From the NCBI GenBank assembly GCA_041937175.2, contig CP166615.1, positions 3,712,001-3,776,000 on the forward strand: a stretch of DNA of 64,000 nt. The letters are read 5' to 3'. Below the pieces are notes generated by a model, which saw only the letters and a program-made list of their open reading frames with translations, was not told the DNA's origin and made no database searches. This document shows, one piece after another, positions 30,488 to 39,950 of this stretch. This DNA is from Limnothrix sp. BL-A-16. GTDB taxonomy: Bacteria > Cyanobacteriota > Cyanobacteriia > CACIAM-69d. A program made the position numbers and the translations under genes. The stretch's first letter is position 1. Every line of letters starts with the position of its first letter.

Positions 30488-33400
30488 CTAATCCGTGGTG
30501 GGCAGGGCCGCATGAACCGATCGCTCCAAATAGATTTGAGCCACCCGATCGCCCGGAAATTGCCGCAAACATTCCTCAAAACAAACGGCCGCCGACTTGA
30601 ACTCTTGACGGTGATAGAGCCAAGTGCCTTCCTCAAAATGGGCCATGGTGGAAAGTTTTTGGTCGCGGATGGGTGACGGATCGCCATCGATCGCCTCAAA
30701 CACCGCCACGGGCCGGGATTTGCCTGTCACCTGTAATCGATCGATGAACCGCAGGTGATAGCGCGTTGGATCCTCCATCTGGGCGATCGTGTGGTGGGAA
30801 ATCAGGACGCTGCTTTGGTAGCGCTTAGTCAGGGTTTCCAACCGGGCCGCCAAGTTAACCGCGTCACTGATGGCAGTCCCATCCATCCGATTTTTGCCGC
30901 CCACCGTTCCCAATCGCATTTGGCCGGTGTTGATGCCAATGCCAATTTCGATCGGCACTTCACCCGCCTGTTGTCGTTCGCGGTTAAAGACTTCCAAATT
31001 TCGCCGCATTTCGATCGCGGAGGCCACCGCATCATCGGCCGATTCCGGAAACAGCGCCATCACCGCATCGCCAATGAATTTGTCAATGAAACCGCCATTT
31101 TGCTGAATTGCCGGTTCCATGTGGGCCAAATAGCGGTTAATGAACCGGAAACTCTCGGCCGGTAACAGGTTTTCCGTGATCGTGGTGAACGATCGAATGT
31201 CCGAAAACAAAACCGACATCTGCCGTTCCACTTGGTCGCCCAGCTCCACCTCCAAAATGCTCTGTTTGTTCAGCAGACGCAGGAACTCGTGGGGCACAAA
31301 CCGCCCATAGGCAATGTTGATGTGGGACAGTTGCAAATGGGTTTTCAGACGGGCCAGCAACTCCTTCTTGGAAACAGGTTTTGTGAGGTAGTCATTGGCT
31401 CCGGAGTCGAGACCTTGCACCAAGTCTTCCACCTGGTTTTTGGCCGTGAGCATCAAAATCGGCAGCTTGTGGGCGGGATAGCGCGATCGCAACTGCTGGG
31501 TCAGCTCATAGCCGGTCATTTTCGGCATCATCACATCCACCAACACCACATCGGGCTGAAACCCTTGCTCCAAAACGGCCAGAGCAGCGGGGCCGTTGTC
31601 GGCGGTCACGATTTCATACTCCTCCTGGGACAGGAAATTTTCCAGCACCTGAAGATTCACCGGCTCATCGTCCACCATCAGGATTTTGAACCGTTGATTG
31701 GGTTGGGCGCGGGCGGCGCTGGCCTTGGCCAAAAGCTGTTCCGTGTCCCGCTGGCTGAGGGCTTCCAGGAGTCGATCGCCCTCCACGGTGGCCGGAGCCA
31801 AGGTGATCGGTTCCGGCTCGATCGGGGCTTCGGGGGCTGGCTTGGAATTGGCCGTGGCGGGCTTGCGCAACATCATGGGCGATCGCCGGAAGCTGGGCAT
31901 TTCGTAGGTGAGGGCTGGCGCTTCCAGGGCCACCGGCAAGGTCAGCGTAAAGATGGATCCCACTTCGGGCCGGGACTCCACCCAGATTTTGCCCCCATGC
32001 AATTCCACCAGTTGCCGCACAATGGCCAACCCCAACCCCGTGCCGCCATATTCCCGAGCTGTGGAACGATCGGCCTGTTCAAAGGATTCAAAAATACGTT
32101 CGATCGCCGCTGCGGGAATGCCAATGCCCGTATCACTGACGGAAATGGCCAGCCACTTTTGGTCAGCCGTTTCCGAAGGCGACTCGAAAGATTGCTCCCG
32201 ATCAAGCTGCTCAGATTCTGCCGGATCCAGTCCGGGGCGATCGAACAGAGCACCCTGCCCGATCGCGCTTGAGGGCATCACCCCCCCCGTTAATTGATCC
32301 AATGGTTGATCCAATGGTTGACCCAATTGCTGATCCCCCAATTGAGGATCGACAGGATGCGACTGACTCAACAGTTCCGCATCCGGCTGCCAACGGCGAG
32401 CATGAACAATCACCTCGCCGCTTTGGGTGAACTTCAGCGCATTGCTAACCAGGTTGTGCAAAATCTGTTGCAGCCGGTTGAAATCCGCCAACACGGGCGG
32501 CAGGGCCAAATCAATAGCATTCACCAGCGCCAAGCCCTTACGTTCCGCTTGGTCGTAGTGCAGTTGCAACACCTGTTCCACCACCACGGCCAGGGTGCAA
32601 GGGCGCAGGGCCAGGTCGATCGTTTGGTGTTGCAGCTTGGAAAAGTCCAGCAGATCGTTCACCAAATTGGCCAACCGATGGCCGCTGGCGGCGATCGTGT
32701 CCAGGTTTGACCGTTCCCGATCGCTCAATCCTCCCCGATCGTCATCCAGCATCGCCTCCGCCAAGCCAATGATGCCATTGAGGGGCGTGCGCAGTTCATG
32801 GGACGTGTTTGCCAGCAAATCATCCTTCAGGCGGTTCAGGCGCTGGAGTTCCTGGTTGGCGGTTTCCAACTCCGCCGTCCGCTGCTGCACCTGGGCTTCC
32901 AGGCTCGCATTCAGGGACTCCAGCGCCTGGGACTTTTCCTGCAAGGCATCCATCACCTGGTTGTAGCGCTCGGCAATGTAGCCCACCTCCATGAACGGAT
33001 CCACCGGCACTCGCAAATGCAAATCTCCCTGGCGAGCGTGGCGATCCATCACCTCAAATAGGTCATAGACCTCCGTTTTCACCTGGTGCTCCGCCACGTT
33101 CAGTCCCATCTGTTCTTCCGCGAGGGAAACCCGCAGGGGATGCAGGCGATCGACCCAACGCAGCAACCCGTAGGACAGCCCAAAGGCCCAAAGGACACAA
33201 ACCCCAATGCCCAACAGTTGCACGGCAATTTGTTGGGGGCGCTCCAAACCACCCGGCAGTTGGCTCAAATCCCCAAATAGCCCCACACAAAGCGTGCCCC
33301 AGGCTCCGGCTCCCGCATGGATGGGCACGGCTCCCACCGCGTCATCGATTTGGCGGCGATCGAGCCACCATTCCACCGCCAACGCCACGGCGGCCCCCGT

Positions 33401-34309
33401 GAACCCCACCACCAGGGCGATCGGGGTCGTAATCACATTGCAGCAGGCCGTCACGGCCACCATGCCCGCCAGGGAACTGTTGATTAGGCATTCCACATCC
33501 GGCCGGTGGCGATAGTACCAACCCAGGGCCCCGCCGCCCAGCATCCCCGCCACGCCCCCAATCACCGTATGCACCAACACCGCTGGGACATGTTCATTAA
33601 GGGCCAGGGTGCTGCCGCCATTGAACCCCAACCAGCCCAGCCACAGCATCATGGCCCCAAGCATCGAAAAGGGCAAATTTGACCCGCTGATTTTGTGCTG
33701 CCGGGTGGCTTCGTCATAGCGCCCCCAGCGCGGCCCCACCACCAACAGCGTGGCCAGGGCAATCCAGCCCCCCACGCTATGCACCACTGTGGAACCCGCA
33801 AAGTCATAGAACCCGAGCGATCGCAACCAACCCACCCCCTGGCCGGCGGGACTTGCGCCCACAATTTCCATGCCCTTCCAAGCCCAATGGCCAAACAGGG
33901 GATAGATCAATCCCGAGCACAGGAAACAAACGATTAGATAAGACGAAAACCGCATTCGTTCCGCCACCGCACCGGAAATAATGGTGGTGGAAGTGCCACA
34001 AAACATTAATTGAAAAATTAAAAAAGCGGCCAGTTGAGGCTGCGATTCCACCGATAGGGCAAAGTAGTCATGGCCTATCCAACCCCACCAAGAGGGGCCA
34101 AACATCACCCCAAATCCAAACAACCAGTAGAGCAGTGCAGAAATGCCAAAATCTGATAGGTTTTTGGCCGCCACATTAATGCTGTTTTTCGATCGGGTCA
34201 TGCCCGATTCCAAACACATAAAACCAGGCTGCATCAGAAACACGAGTCCTGAGCACCCTAGCAACCAAGCCACATCGCGCATATTCAGCCAATTGAGATG
34301 AGCAGCCAC
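30488..34309 (-). CDS. Amt-HAMP-HisKA/HATPase-REC-adenylate cyclase fusion with TPR-like tail
   Basis: Amt motifs FLMQPGF, SGAVAER, DFAGSTVVH, WLGFNGGS, DDAVGAVPIH. HAMP GDLHLRVP...EVGYIAERYNQ. Kinase SHELRTPLNG, NALKFT, DTGIGI, GTGLGL. Receiver VDD..D..MP..K. Cyclase FSDIRSFT, KFIGD, TAISDAVNLAARLE. Confidence 0.93.
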   Translation of the reverse strand: MAAHLNWLNMRDVAWLLGCSGLVFLMQPGFMCLESGMTRSKNSINVAAKNLSDFGISALLYWLFGFGVMFGPSWWGWIGHDYFALSVESQPQLAAFLIFQLMFCGTSTTIISGAVAERMRFSSYLIVCFLCSGLIYPLFGHWAWKGMEIVGASPAGQGVGWLRSLGFYDFAGSTVVHSVGGWIALATLLVVGPRWGRYDEATRQHKISGSNLPFSMLGAMMLWLGWLGFNGGSTLALNEHVPAVLVHTVIGGVAGMLGGGALGWYYRHRPDVECLINSSLAGMVAVTACCNVITTPIALVVGFTGAAVALAVEWWLDRRQIDDAVGAVPIHAGAGAWGTLCVGLFGDLSQLPGGLERPQQIAVQLLGIGVCVLWAFGLSYGLLRWVDRLHPLRVSLAEEQMGLNVAEHQVKTEVYDLFEVMDRHARQGDLHLRVPVDPFMEVGYIAERYNQVMDALQEKSQALESLNASLEAQVQQRTAELETANQELQRLNRLKDDLLANTSHELRTPLNGIIGLAEAMLDDDRGGLSDRERSNLDTIAASGHRLANLVNDLLDFSKLQHQTIDLALRPCTLAVVVEQVLQLHYDQAERKGLALVNAIDLALPPVLADFNRLQQILHNLVSNALKFTQSGEVIVHARRWQPDAELLSQSHPVDPQLGDQQLGQPLDQPLDQLTGGVMPSSAIGQGALFDRPGLDPAESEQLDREQSFESPSETADQKWLAISVSDTGIGIPAAAIERIFESFEQADRSTAREYGGTGLGLAIVRQLVELHGGKIWVESRPEVGSIFTLTLPVALEAPALTYEMPSFRRSPMMLRKPATANSKPAPEAPIEPEPITLAPATVEGDRLLEALSQRDTEQLLAKASAARAQPNQRFKILMVDDEPVNLQVLENFLSQEEYEIVTADNGPAALAVLEQGFQPDVVLVDVMMPKMTGYELTQQLRSRYPAHKLPILMLTAKNQVEDLVQGLDSGANDYLTKPVSKKELLARLKTHLQLSHINIAYGRFVPHEFLRLLNKQSILEVELGDQVERQMSVLFSDIRSFTTITENLLPAESFRFINRYLAHMEPAIQQNGGFIDKFIGDAVMALFPESADDAVASAIEMRRNLEVFNRERQQAGEVPIEIGIGINTGQMRLGTVGGKNRMDGTAISDAVNLAARLETLTKRYQSSVLISHHTIAQMEDPTRYHLRFIDRLQVTGKSRPVAVFEAIDGDPSPIRDQKLSTMAHFEEGTWLYHRQEFKSAAVCFEECLRQFPGDRVAQIYLERSVHAALPTTD

Positions 34310-34679
34310 AGGATCCCTACTCCAACATGGGGAGCATTTACCATCCGTTGCATCTTTTCTTCAGTAATTTTTAGCAACTGCTTCAGTCTAATCAGAAGTC
34401 TCCAATGAGGGTCAAATTGGATTTGCCCGATCGACCCCAGCAGGTAACCCAAAGGCATGGATTCATCTCAGTCTGTATCAGGTTTTATTGCTTTTGCTGA
34501 TCTTCTCATCGCCCAGGGAACTACGGAATCAATTATTTATTTTAGGTATTAATTAACACCTGAAATTAAGTACTGCTGCGAGCCGCTTCAATCATCTGAT
34601 CCATGCTCTTTTGGGCTGGTCTTGAACCGGCTACCGTCGGGATTTGCCCATGGGTTTACAAAATTGCTGTTGACCTGGA

Positions 34680-34846
34680 ATGCAGTTGCTGGAATTGTTG
34701 GATGCGGGTTGGCCAAAACCGTTGCTGATTTTGGGTTTCCCGGTGGGATTTGTAGGGGCGGCAGAGTCCAAGGCGGGATTGGCGGCCGACTCCCGGGGCG
34801 TAACGTTTATCACGCTGCATGGACGATGGGGCGGCAGTGCGATCGC
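34680..34846 (+). pseudogene. cobH: Internal/C-terminal fragment of precorrin-8X methylmutase
   Basis: LLELLDAGWPKP.LILGFPVGFVGAAESK...GRWGGSAIA; the N-terminus is missing. Confidence 0.8.
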
Positions 34847-35161
34847 GCGGCAGCAGCCATGGCTCAAGTGCCCCTGACCTATCACCAAGATGTGCTGACC
34901 ATTTTGCCGGCCCCCCTCGATCGCTCTATCCTGCCCGATCGCCTGGCCCAGACCGATGCGGCGGTGATTATCAAACTGGGGCGGCATTTCGAGAAGGTGC
35001 GATCGGTGCTCAATGAATTGGGGCTGACGGGGCGATCGCTCTACATCGAACGGGCAACGCTACCGGAACAACAAATCCGGGCGATCGACCAGGTAAACCC
35101 GGCCGCCGTGCCCTACTGGTCGCCGATTTTGATTCCCAGCCGCAGCCACCCGGGAGCCTAA
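34847..35161 (+). pseudogene. cobI: C-terminal fragment of precorrin-2 C20-methyltransferase
   Basis: PLTYHQDVLTILPAPL...AAVIIKLGRHFEKVR...YIERATL...VPYWS. The SAM-binding N-terminus is missing and the frame differs from the cobH fragment. Confidence 0.78.
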
Positions 35162-35206
35162 GGGCTAGCCTCAAATCTCCCAATTCCTTGCTCTGTTGGA
35201 AGGGGG

Positions 35207-35226
35207 CAAGGGGCTTAAGCCCCTTG
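35207..35226. repeat. REP-like palindrome
   Basis: Perfect copy between the cobI remnant and the lpdA stop. Confidence 0.92.
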
Positions 35227-35271
35227 TCTGTGGTCATTGTCGCCCCCTTCGGATCTCAGGCGAAACGAGTC

Positions 35272-36726
35272 CTAGACCTCAGCCAGTTCCCGCTCGGCCC
35301 GTTTGTAGGCTTCGTCGATCACTTCCGAGAGGGTCGGGTGAGCATGTACCACAAAGGCCAGATCCTTCACGGAACTGCGCTGGGCGATCGCCGTGGCCAC
35401 CTCTTGGATCAAGTCCGAAGCATGGATGCCAAACACATGCGCGCCCAACACTTCGCCCGTGTCCTTGCGGAAAATCACCTTGGCCAGGCCGTCGCCTTCG
35501 CCCTCCGCGATCGCCTTGGAGTTGCCCTTGAAATAGGTGCGGGTCGTGCCGATGCTGAAGCCTTCCGCTTCGCCCAGTTCCTTGGCTTGGGGTTCCGTCA
35601 AACCGACGAAGCTGATTTCGGGGTGGGTGAAGGCAGCGGCGGGAATGCTGCGGTAGTCCACTTCCCGATCGCGCCCGCAAATGTTTTCCACCACCACCAC
35701 GCCCTGGGCCGAAGCCGCGTGGGCCAGCATCATTTGCCCCGTTGCATCCCCGATCGCCCACAAATGCGGCACGGGTTCGCCATCCTTCAGCACCTGCATC
35801 TTGCCGTTGACGGGAATGAAGCCGGGGCGGTTGGTTTCCACGCCCACATTCTCCAAACCGATATTCGCCGTGGCGGGGCGGCGACCCGTGGCCACCAAGC
35901 AAGCATCGACTTCCAGCACGTCCACCACTTCCTTGGTTTTCGCGTCGGTCAGCTCGATCGTCACGGGCGCGCCGGGCGTAATCTTGGTAGCAAACACGCC
36001 CGTATAGGTTTCGATGTCGCGCTGATCGATCAGCGTCCGCTTGGCCACCTTGGCGATATCCGGATCAAAGCCCGGCATCAGTTGATCGAGCGCTTCGATC
36101 ATCGTCACTTCCGCACCCAAAGCGGTGTACACATCGGAAAATTCCAAACCGATGTAGCCGCTGCCGATGATCGCCACCCATTGGGGCACGGATTCCAGCC
36201 GCACCGCTTCATCGCTGGTAAAGACCGTTTTGCCATCCAGCTCGATCCCCGGTGGCACAAAGGGCACCGACCCGGTGGAAATCAACACGTTGCGGGCGCT
36301 GATCGTTTTGGTGATCGTGCGGTTGCCGTCGGCGGTGTTCACTTCCACCTTTTGGGGAGCCAGCAGTTTGCCCCAGCCTTGGATGATGTCTACGCCAATC
36401 CGCTTCAGGCTGTTGGTCAGGTCGCCTTGGATTTTGCCCACCAGGTTGGTGGCGTGGTCGGCGATCGCCTGGCGATCGAACTGCACGCCGCCCACTTGAA
36501 TTCCCATGGCCTTCAGGTGCGCCGCATTGCGGAGATCGCGCACCCGGCCGGAAGCCGCCAGCAGAGCCTTGGAGGGAATGCAACCCCGATTAACGCAGGT
36601 GCCGCCCATTTCGGCCGCTTCCACGATCGCGGTTTTCAGGCCGCAGGCGACGGCGTGCAGGGCTGCGCCATGGCCGCCAACTCCGGCTCCGAGGATCAAT
36701 AGGTCGTAGTCGAATGCTTGAGTCAC
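35272..36726 (-). CDS. lpdA: Dihydrolipoamide dehydrogenase
   Basis: [36 protein letters not shown] 36726 follows AGGAGG. Confidence 0.96.
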   Translation of the reverse strand: MTQAFDYDLLILGAGVGGHGAALHAVACGLKTAIVEAAEMGGTCVNRGCIPSKALLAASGRVRDLRNAAHLKAMGIQVGGVQFDRQAIADHATNLVGKIQGDLTNSLKRIGVDIIQGWGKLLAPQKVEVNTADGNRTITKTISARNVLISTGSVPFVPPGIELDGKTVFTSDEAVRLESVPQWVAIIGSGYIGLEFSDVYTALGAEVTMIEALDQLMPGFDPDIAKVAKRTLIDQRDIETYTGVFATKITPGAPVTIELTDAKTKEVVDVLEVDACLVATGRRPATANIGLENVGVETNRPGFIPVNGKMQVLKDGEPVPHLWAIGDATGQMMLAHAASAQGVVVVENICGRDREVDYRSIPAAAFTHPEISFVGLTEPQAKELGEAEGFSIGTTRTYFKGNSKAIAEGEGDGLAKVIFRKDTGEVLGAHVFGIHASDLIQEVATAIAQRSSVKDLAFVVHAHPTLSEVIDEAYKRAERELAEV

Positions 36727-36851
36727 GCCCGCCTCCTGGGTTTGGATTGCTCTCAGAGTCCCCATTGTCCGGCGAAAGGGGCGATCGGGCAATTGCCACC
36801 CGGCCACCTCGGCTAGCTCAGGGCCTTAGCATCCAATCGGTTGCTCGATCG

Positions 36852-37376
36852 CTAGACAGTGGGATCCCGCTTCACAAAGGGCACGAGGTGCATCATAAAA
36901 TCCCGCTTCCCGATCGCAGCACCAGCCATCCGCAAAATGCCATAGGTTGTGGTGAGGTGAAAGTAGAAATTGGGCATCAAAAAATCATCCACATAGGCTA
37001 ATCCTGGTAACTCCAGCGAGAGGCCTTCTCCTAGGTCAATGCGATGAATTTCTGAGAGTTTGGCATCTCCGGCGTTGATATTGCTGAGTGATTCTTGGGT
37101 GGAGGTGATGTAATCCCGAGCAGTTTCCAGAGTGGTCACTTCGGGATTCAAGTTGCTAGCGGGTTGGTCAGCGCACCAAAGGGCAAAGTTACGCGGTTGA
37201 TTACAGGTAAAGGCGATTTGTGTACCAAAGGGCAGCATGTCGGGCGCAAGCCGAAGCTGAAAGAGGGCCGCCCGATCGGTTGCAAAGTGAGAATCGGCAA
37301 TGTCTAGTAAATGGCTTAAGGTTTCTAGGCGAGATTCAAAAATCGCCTGAAATCGCTTAATTTTGATGTTTTCCAT
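36852..37376 (-). CDS. DUF1993-like helical protein
   Basis: RLAPDMLPF..Q, PNFYFH.TT.YGILR..G..IGKRDF. Confidence 0.8.
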   Translation of the reverse strand: MENIKIKRFQAIFESRLETLSHLLDIADSHFATDRAALFQLRLAPDMLPFGTQIAFTCNQPRNFALWCADQPASNLNPEVTTLETARDYITSTQESLSNINAGDAKLSEIHRIDLGEGLSLELPGLAYVDDFLMPNFYFHLTTTYGILRMAGAAIGKRDFMMHLVPFVKRDPTV

Positions 37377-37607
37377 GGTATTTGAAGCAATAGAGCAAAA
37401 GACCACAAACCTAAGCAGCCACAGATCAGGTGTTCTTTCAAAACCATATTAACTATAAATTTCAGTTTCTATCGTGGCAGTAATAGCCCGCAGGATCCAA
37501 GTTGCCCATCCACAACCCATAACCCAAGCGATGCGATCTCATTCAGGGAAAAGTAATGATTGCTTTTGAAATGAATAGCACCTCTCCTAGAGAGCAATGA
37601 GCATTAC

Positions 37608-38096
37608 TTACTCTGCTATTGACTCTCGATCGTCTCGGATCGTTTTTAGCCTAAGGTGATTTTCTACTGTTTTCAGCATTGTCATCACCATTTTCGCTTT
37701 TTTGATTGAATATCGTAATCCTTGAATGACCTCTTGCAGATAGTCTTCGCTCTGAATCATCTTACTTTGACTATGAGATGCAATTGAAATCCCTTCCATG
37801 TATTGGTAACCCAAGTGGATATAAATTCCTGGTTTAAAAGTTACTAATCGTGGATCTTGCTTGCCCTGTATAAGGGTGTACTCTTGCTTGAGTTCCAAGT
37901 ATTTTTTCCACGCTGATTCTAAAGCTTGGATATGAGATTCAACTTCAGAAGCATCAATGCGGATAGTATGAACTTTATATCTTAAATCAGGGCCAGCAAA
38001 AGCATAATTGATATGCCAGCCATCAGGATTTACAACTAATTGCCCCATACAAGGCAGAGTCTCAGAATATTCAAACTTTCCCATATTTTGCATCAT
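37608..38096 (-). CDS. Hypothetical protein (AT-rich)
   Basis: About 160-aa ORF with no motif I recognise and atypical composition. Confidence 0.6.
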   Translation of the reverse strand: MMQNMGKFEYSETLPCMGQLVVNPDGWHINYAFAGPDLRYKVHTIRIDASEVESHIQALESAWKKYLELKQEYTLIQGKQDPRLVTFKPGIYIHLGYQYMEGISIASHSQSKMIQSEDYLQEVIQGLRYSIKKAKMVMTMLKTVENHLRLKTIRDDRESIAE

Positions 38097-38137
38097 GTGA
38101 AATAGACCTATTAATTTCGTAGCAGATGTTTGTACAA

Positions 38138-38221
38138 GTAGGTTGGGTTGAGGCACGAAACCCAACACCACTAACCTTGATGGTGATCGCGTTGGGTTTC
38201 GCAAGGCTCAACCCAACCTAC
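38138..38221. repeat. REPIN (inverted pair of GTAG-type REPs)
   Basis: GTAGGTTGGGTTGAG..CGAAACCCAAC [spacer] GTTGGGTTTCG..CTCAACCCAACCTAC. Confidence 0.88.
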
Positions 38222-38363
38222 TAGCTCTACGGGATACTCAGGGGATGATCAAAGTGTAAGGTTTATGCCTATGTAAATGACACAGCTAAATCAGAGAATT
38301 AAAGTTGCAGCTATGCAACGCCTGGTTTATGATCTCGCAAGAGGGGAGGGAAACGAAAAATTC

Positions 38364-38873
38364 AGTAATGCCTTTGAAGTAATGATGAGTTATCAAGCGA
38401 TCGACTATGGGAAATTGTGGTGATCAATCAACTGCTAGCTCGTTGCTTCGTGATGGGAAAAAGACAGAGTTCGCCAAACCAAACGACAGATCCGCTAACG
38501 CAATGCATGACTTAATGATTGCCATGTAATTTATCAATCTGGTTTCTTGGTCCGCAGAGTACGACCACCTGCAACCGCCACATAAGATTCAATCCAGGAT
38601 TCGGAAACCTGCGCGACCCGCGCAATGGCTGCCTGGGAGAGGCGCTCTAGGAGCAGACGATCAATGAGCGCAATCTGCTCGGGTGTGACGCGTTTCTGAG
38701 TGGGGTGCTCAATGAACTGTCGGCCACAGGCTTTGCATTTGAAGCGTTGCTTGCCGTTGTGGATGCGACCATTTTTGACCGTGTGGCTGGATTGGCATTG
38801 AGGGCAAGCAGGCATGAACTGGAGTTATAGATTACTGCTGCCAGGCTAACATCATTACTCCACAGGCACTACC
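38364..38873 (-). mobile_element. Internally deleted IS1-family element
   Basis: TIRs GGTAGTGCCTGTGGAGTAATGATG / AGTAATGCCTTTGAAGTAATGATG (20/24). InsA-like CPQCQS..KNG...QRFKCKACGRQF at 38534-38815. Decayed transposase C-terminus LR*RICRLVWRTLSFS near 38460-38505. Confidence 0.85.
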
Positions 38874-39213
38874 AAAAAACTAATCAAAATATCCTGGCTT
38901 TGTTCAGAACCGAATATTTTTTAAAGGCGTAATCGGTTTTAGGATTAATACAGAGCATCGGTTTTCCAGACAGCACTAGCGTCGCGATCGCTAGCAAAGT
39001 TAATGCCATGGTAACGATTTTTGGGCGATCGCTGATCTAGCAAGACATCAGACCTATTAAGTGTGTATGAATTACTCCTAGCCCATGGCTCATGCAATCG
39101 CCCGTTGCGCCGCTTGAAGTTGACCCCATGTTTAATGACTAGAACATCGATCGGCGATCGATTAGGACAGCCCGATCGCCGATCAATGCTTCTAGGTGAG
39201 TGGCTGTTCTACC

Positions 39214-39807
39214 CTAGCTGCCGCGATGGCGCTGGGCGATCATGGCAATCCGCTGACCGTACTTTTCCGCCGTCAGTCGATCGCCCGGGTGAACGATCGC
39301 TTCACCACCATTGGGATTCAGATCGCTTTGACCCATCACGCCCAAAAACGACCCGAGACGGTTGATACCATCATCCTTCCCCGCATACTGGCTGGGCATT
39401 TCGGCCGCCCCCACCCAAATCATGCCGTGCTGGGCCGCATTAATCGCCATGTATAGCAGCGTGCCCTGCTTATCACCACTGGGGGAAGCCGAGTGGGTGA
39501 ACCCGCCAGCGATCTTGTCCTTCCACTGTTGGGCAAACCAAGCTGAGCTGGCCGCATCCACAAACGCCTTGAACTGGGCCGCCACGCCGCCCATATAAGT
39601 GGGCGACCCAAACACGATCGCATCCGATCGGGTCAAAGCATCCAGCATCTCCGGATCTTTCCAACGGCCCTCGGTAATTTGCGCCCCCGTAATCCGCAGC
39701 AACTCGGCCGTCACACCGTCCACTTGGCTAGCTCCCCGCGCCACGGCCTCCGCCATCAGATGGGTGTGCCCGGATCCCGAAAAGTAGACCACTGAGATCG
39801 TCGTCAT
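39214..39807 (-). CDS. WrbA-like flavodoxin-family NAD(P)H:quinone oxidoreductase
   Basis: YFSGSGHT, FGSPTYMG, WKDKIAGGFT, SGDK. Confidence 0.9.
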   Translation of the reverse strand: MTTISVVYFSGSGHTHLMAEAVARGASQVDGVTAELLRITGAQITEGRWKDPEMLDALTRSDAIVFGSPTYMGGVAAQFKAFVDAASSAWFAQQWKDKIAGGFTHSASPSGDKQGTLLYMAINAAQHGMIWVGAAEMPSQYAGKDDGINRLGSFLGVMGQSDLNPNGGEAIVHPGDRLTAEKYGQRIAMIAQRHRGS

Positions 39808-39950
39808 AAAAACCTCAATACGGACTGGAAACGAGCGGCCTCGGCCCGTAATGCTGATCCTAGAAGTCGCTACCCACTAAAGTAAAGTAGGAACCTAAAA
39901 GTAACTAGCTTCCTTTTTGCGCCCAAAATTGAGTCTGGAAGTGCCTGCCC

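Noticed and set aside
34622..35161. Intact 179-aa gene
   Set aside because: The first part is an off-frame reading of the cobH fragment; only the C-terminal part is CobI-like.
38097..38204. N-terminal extension of ORF 37608-38204
   Set aside because: It translates the REPIN sequence.
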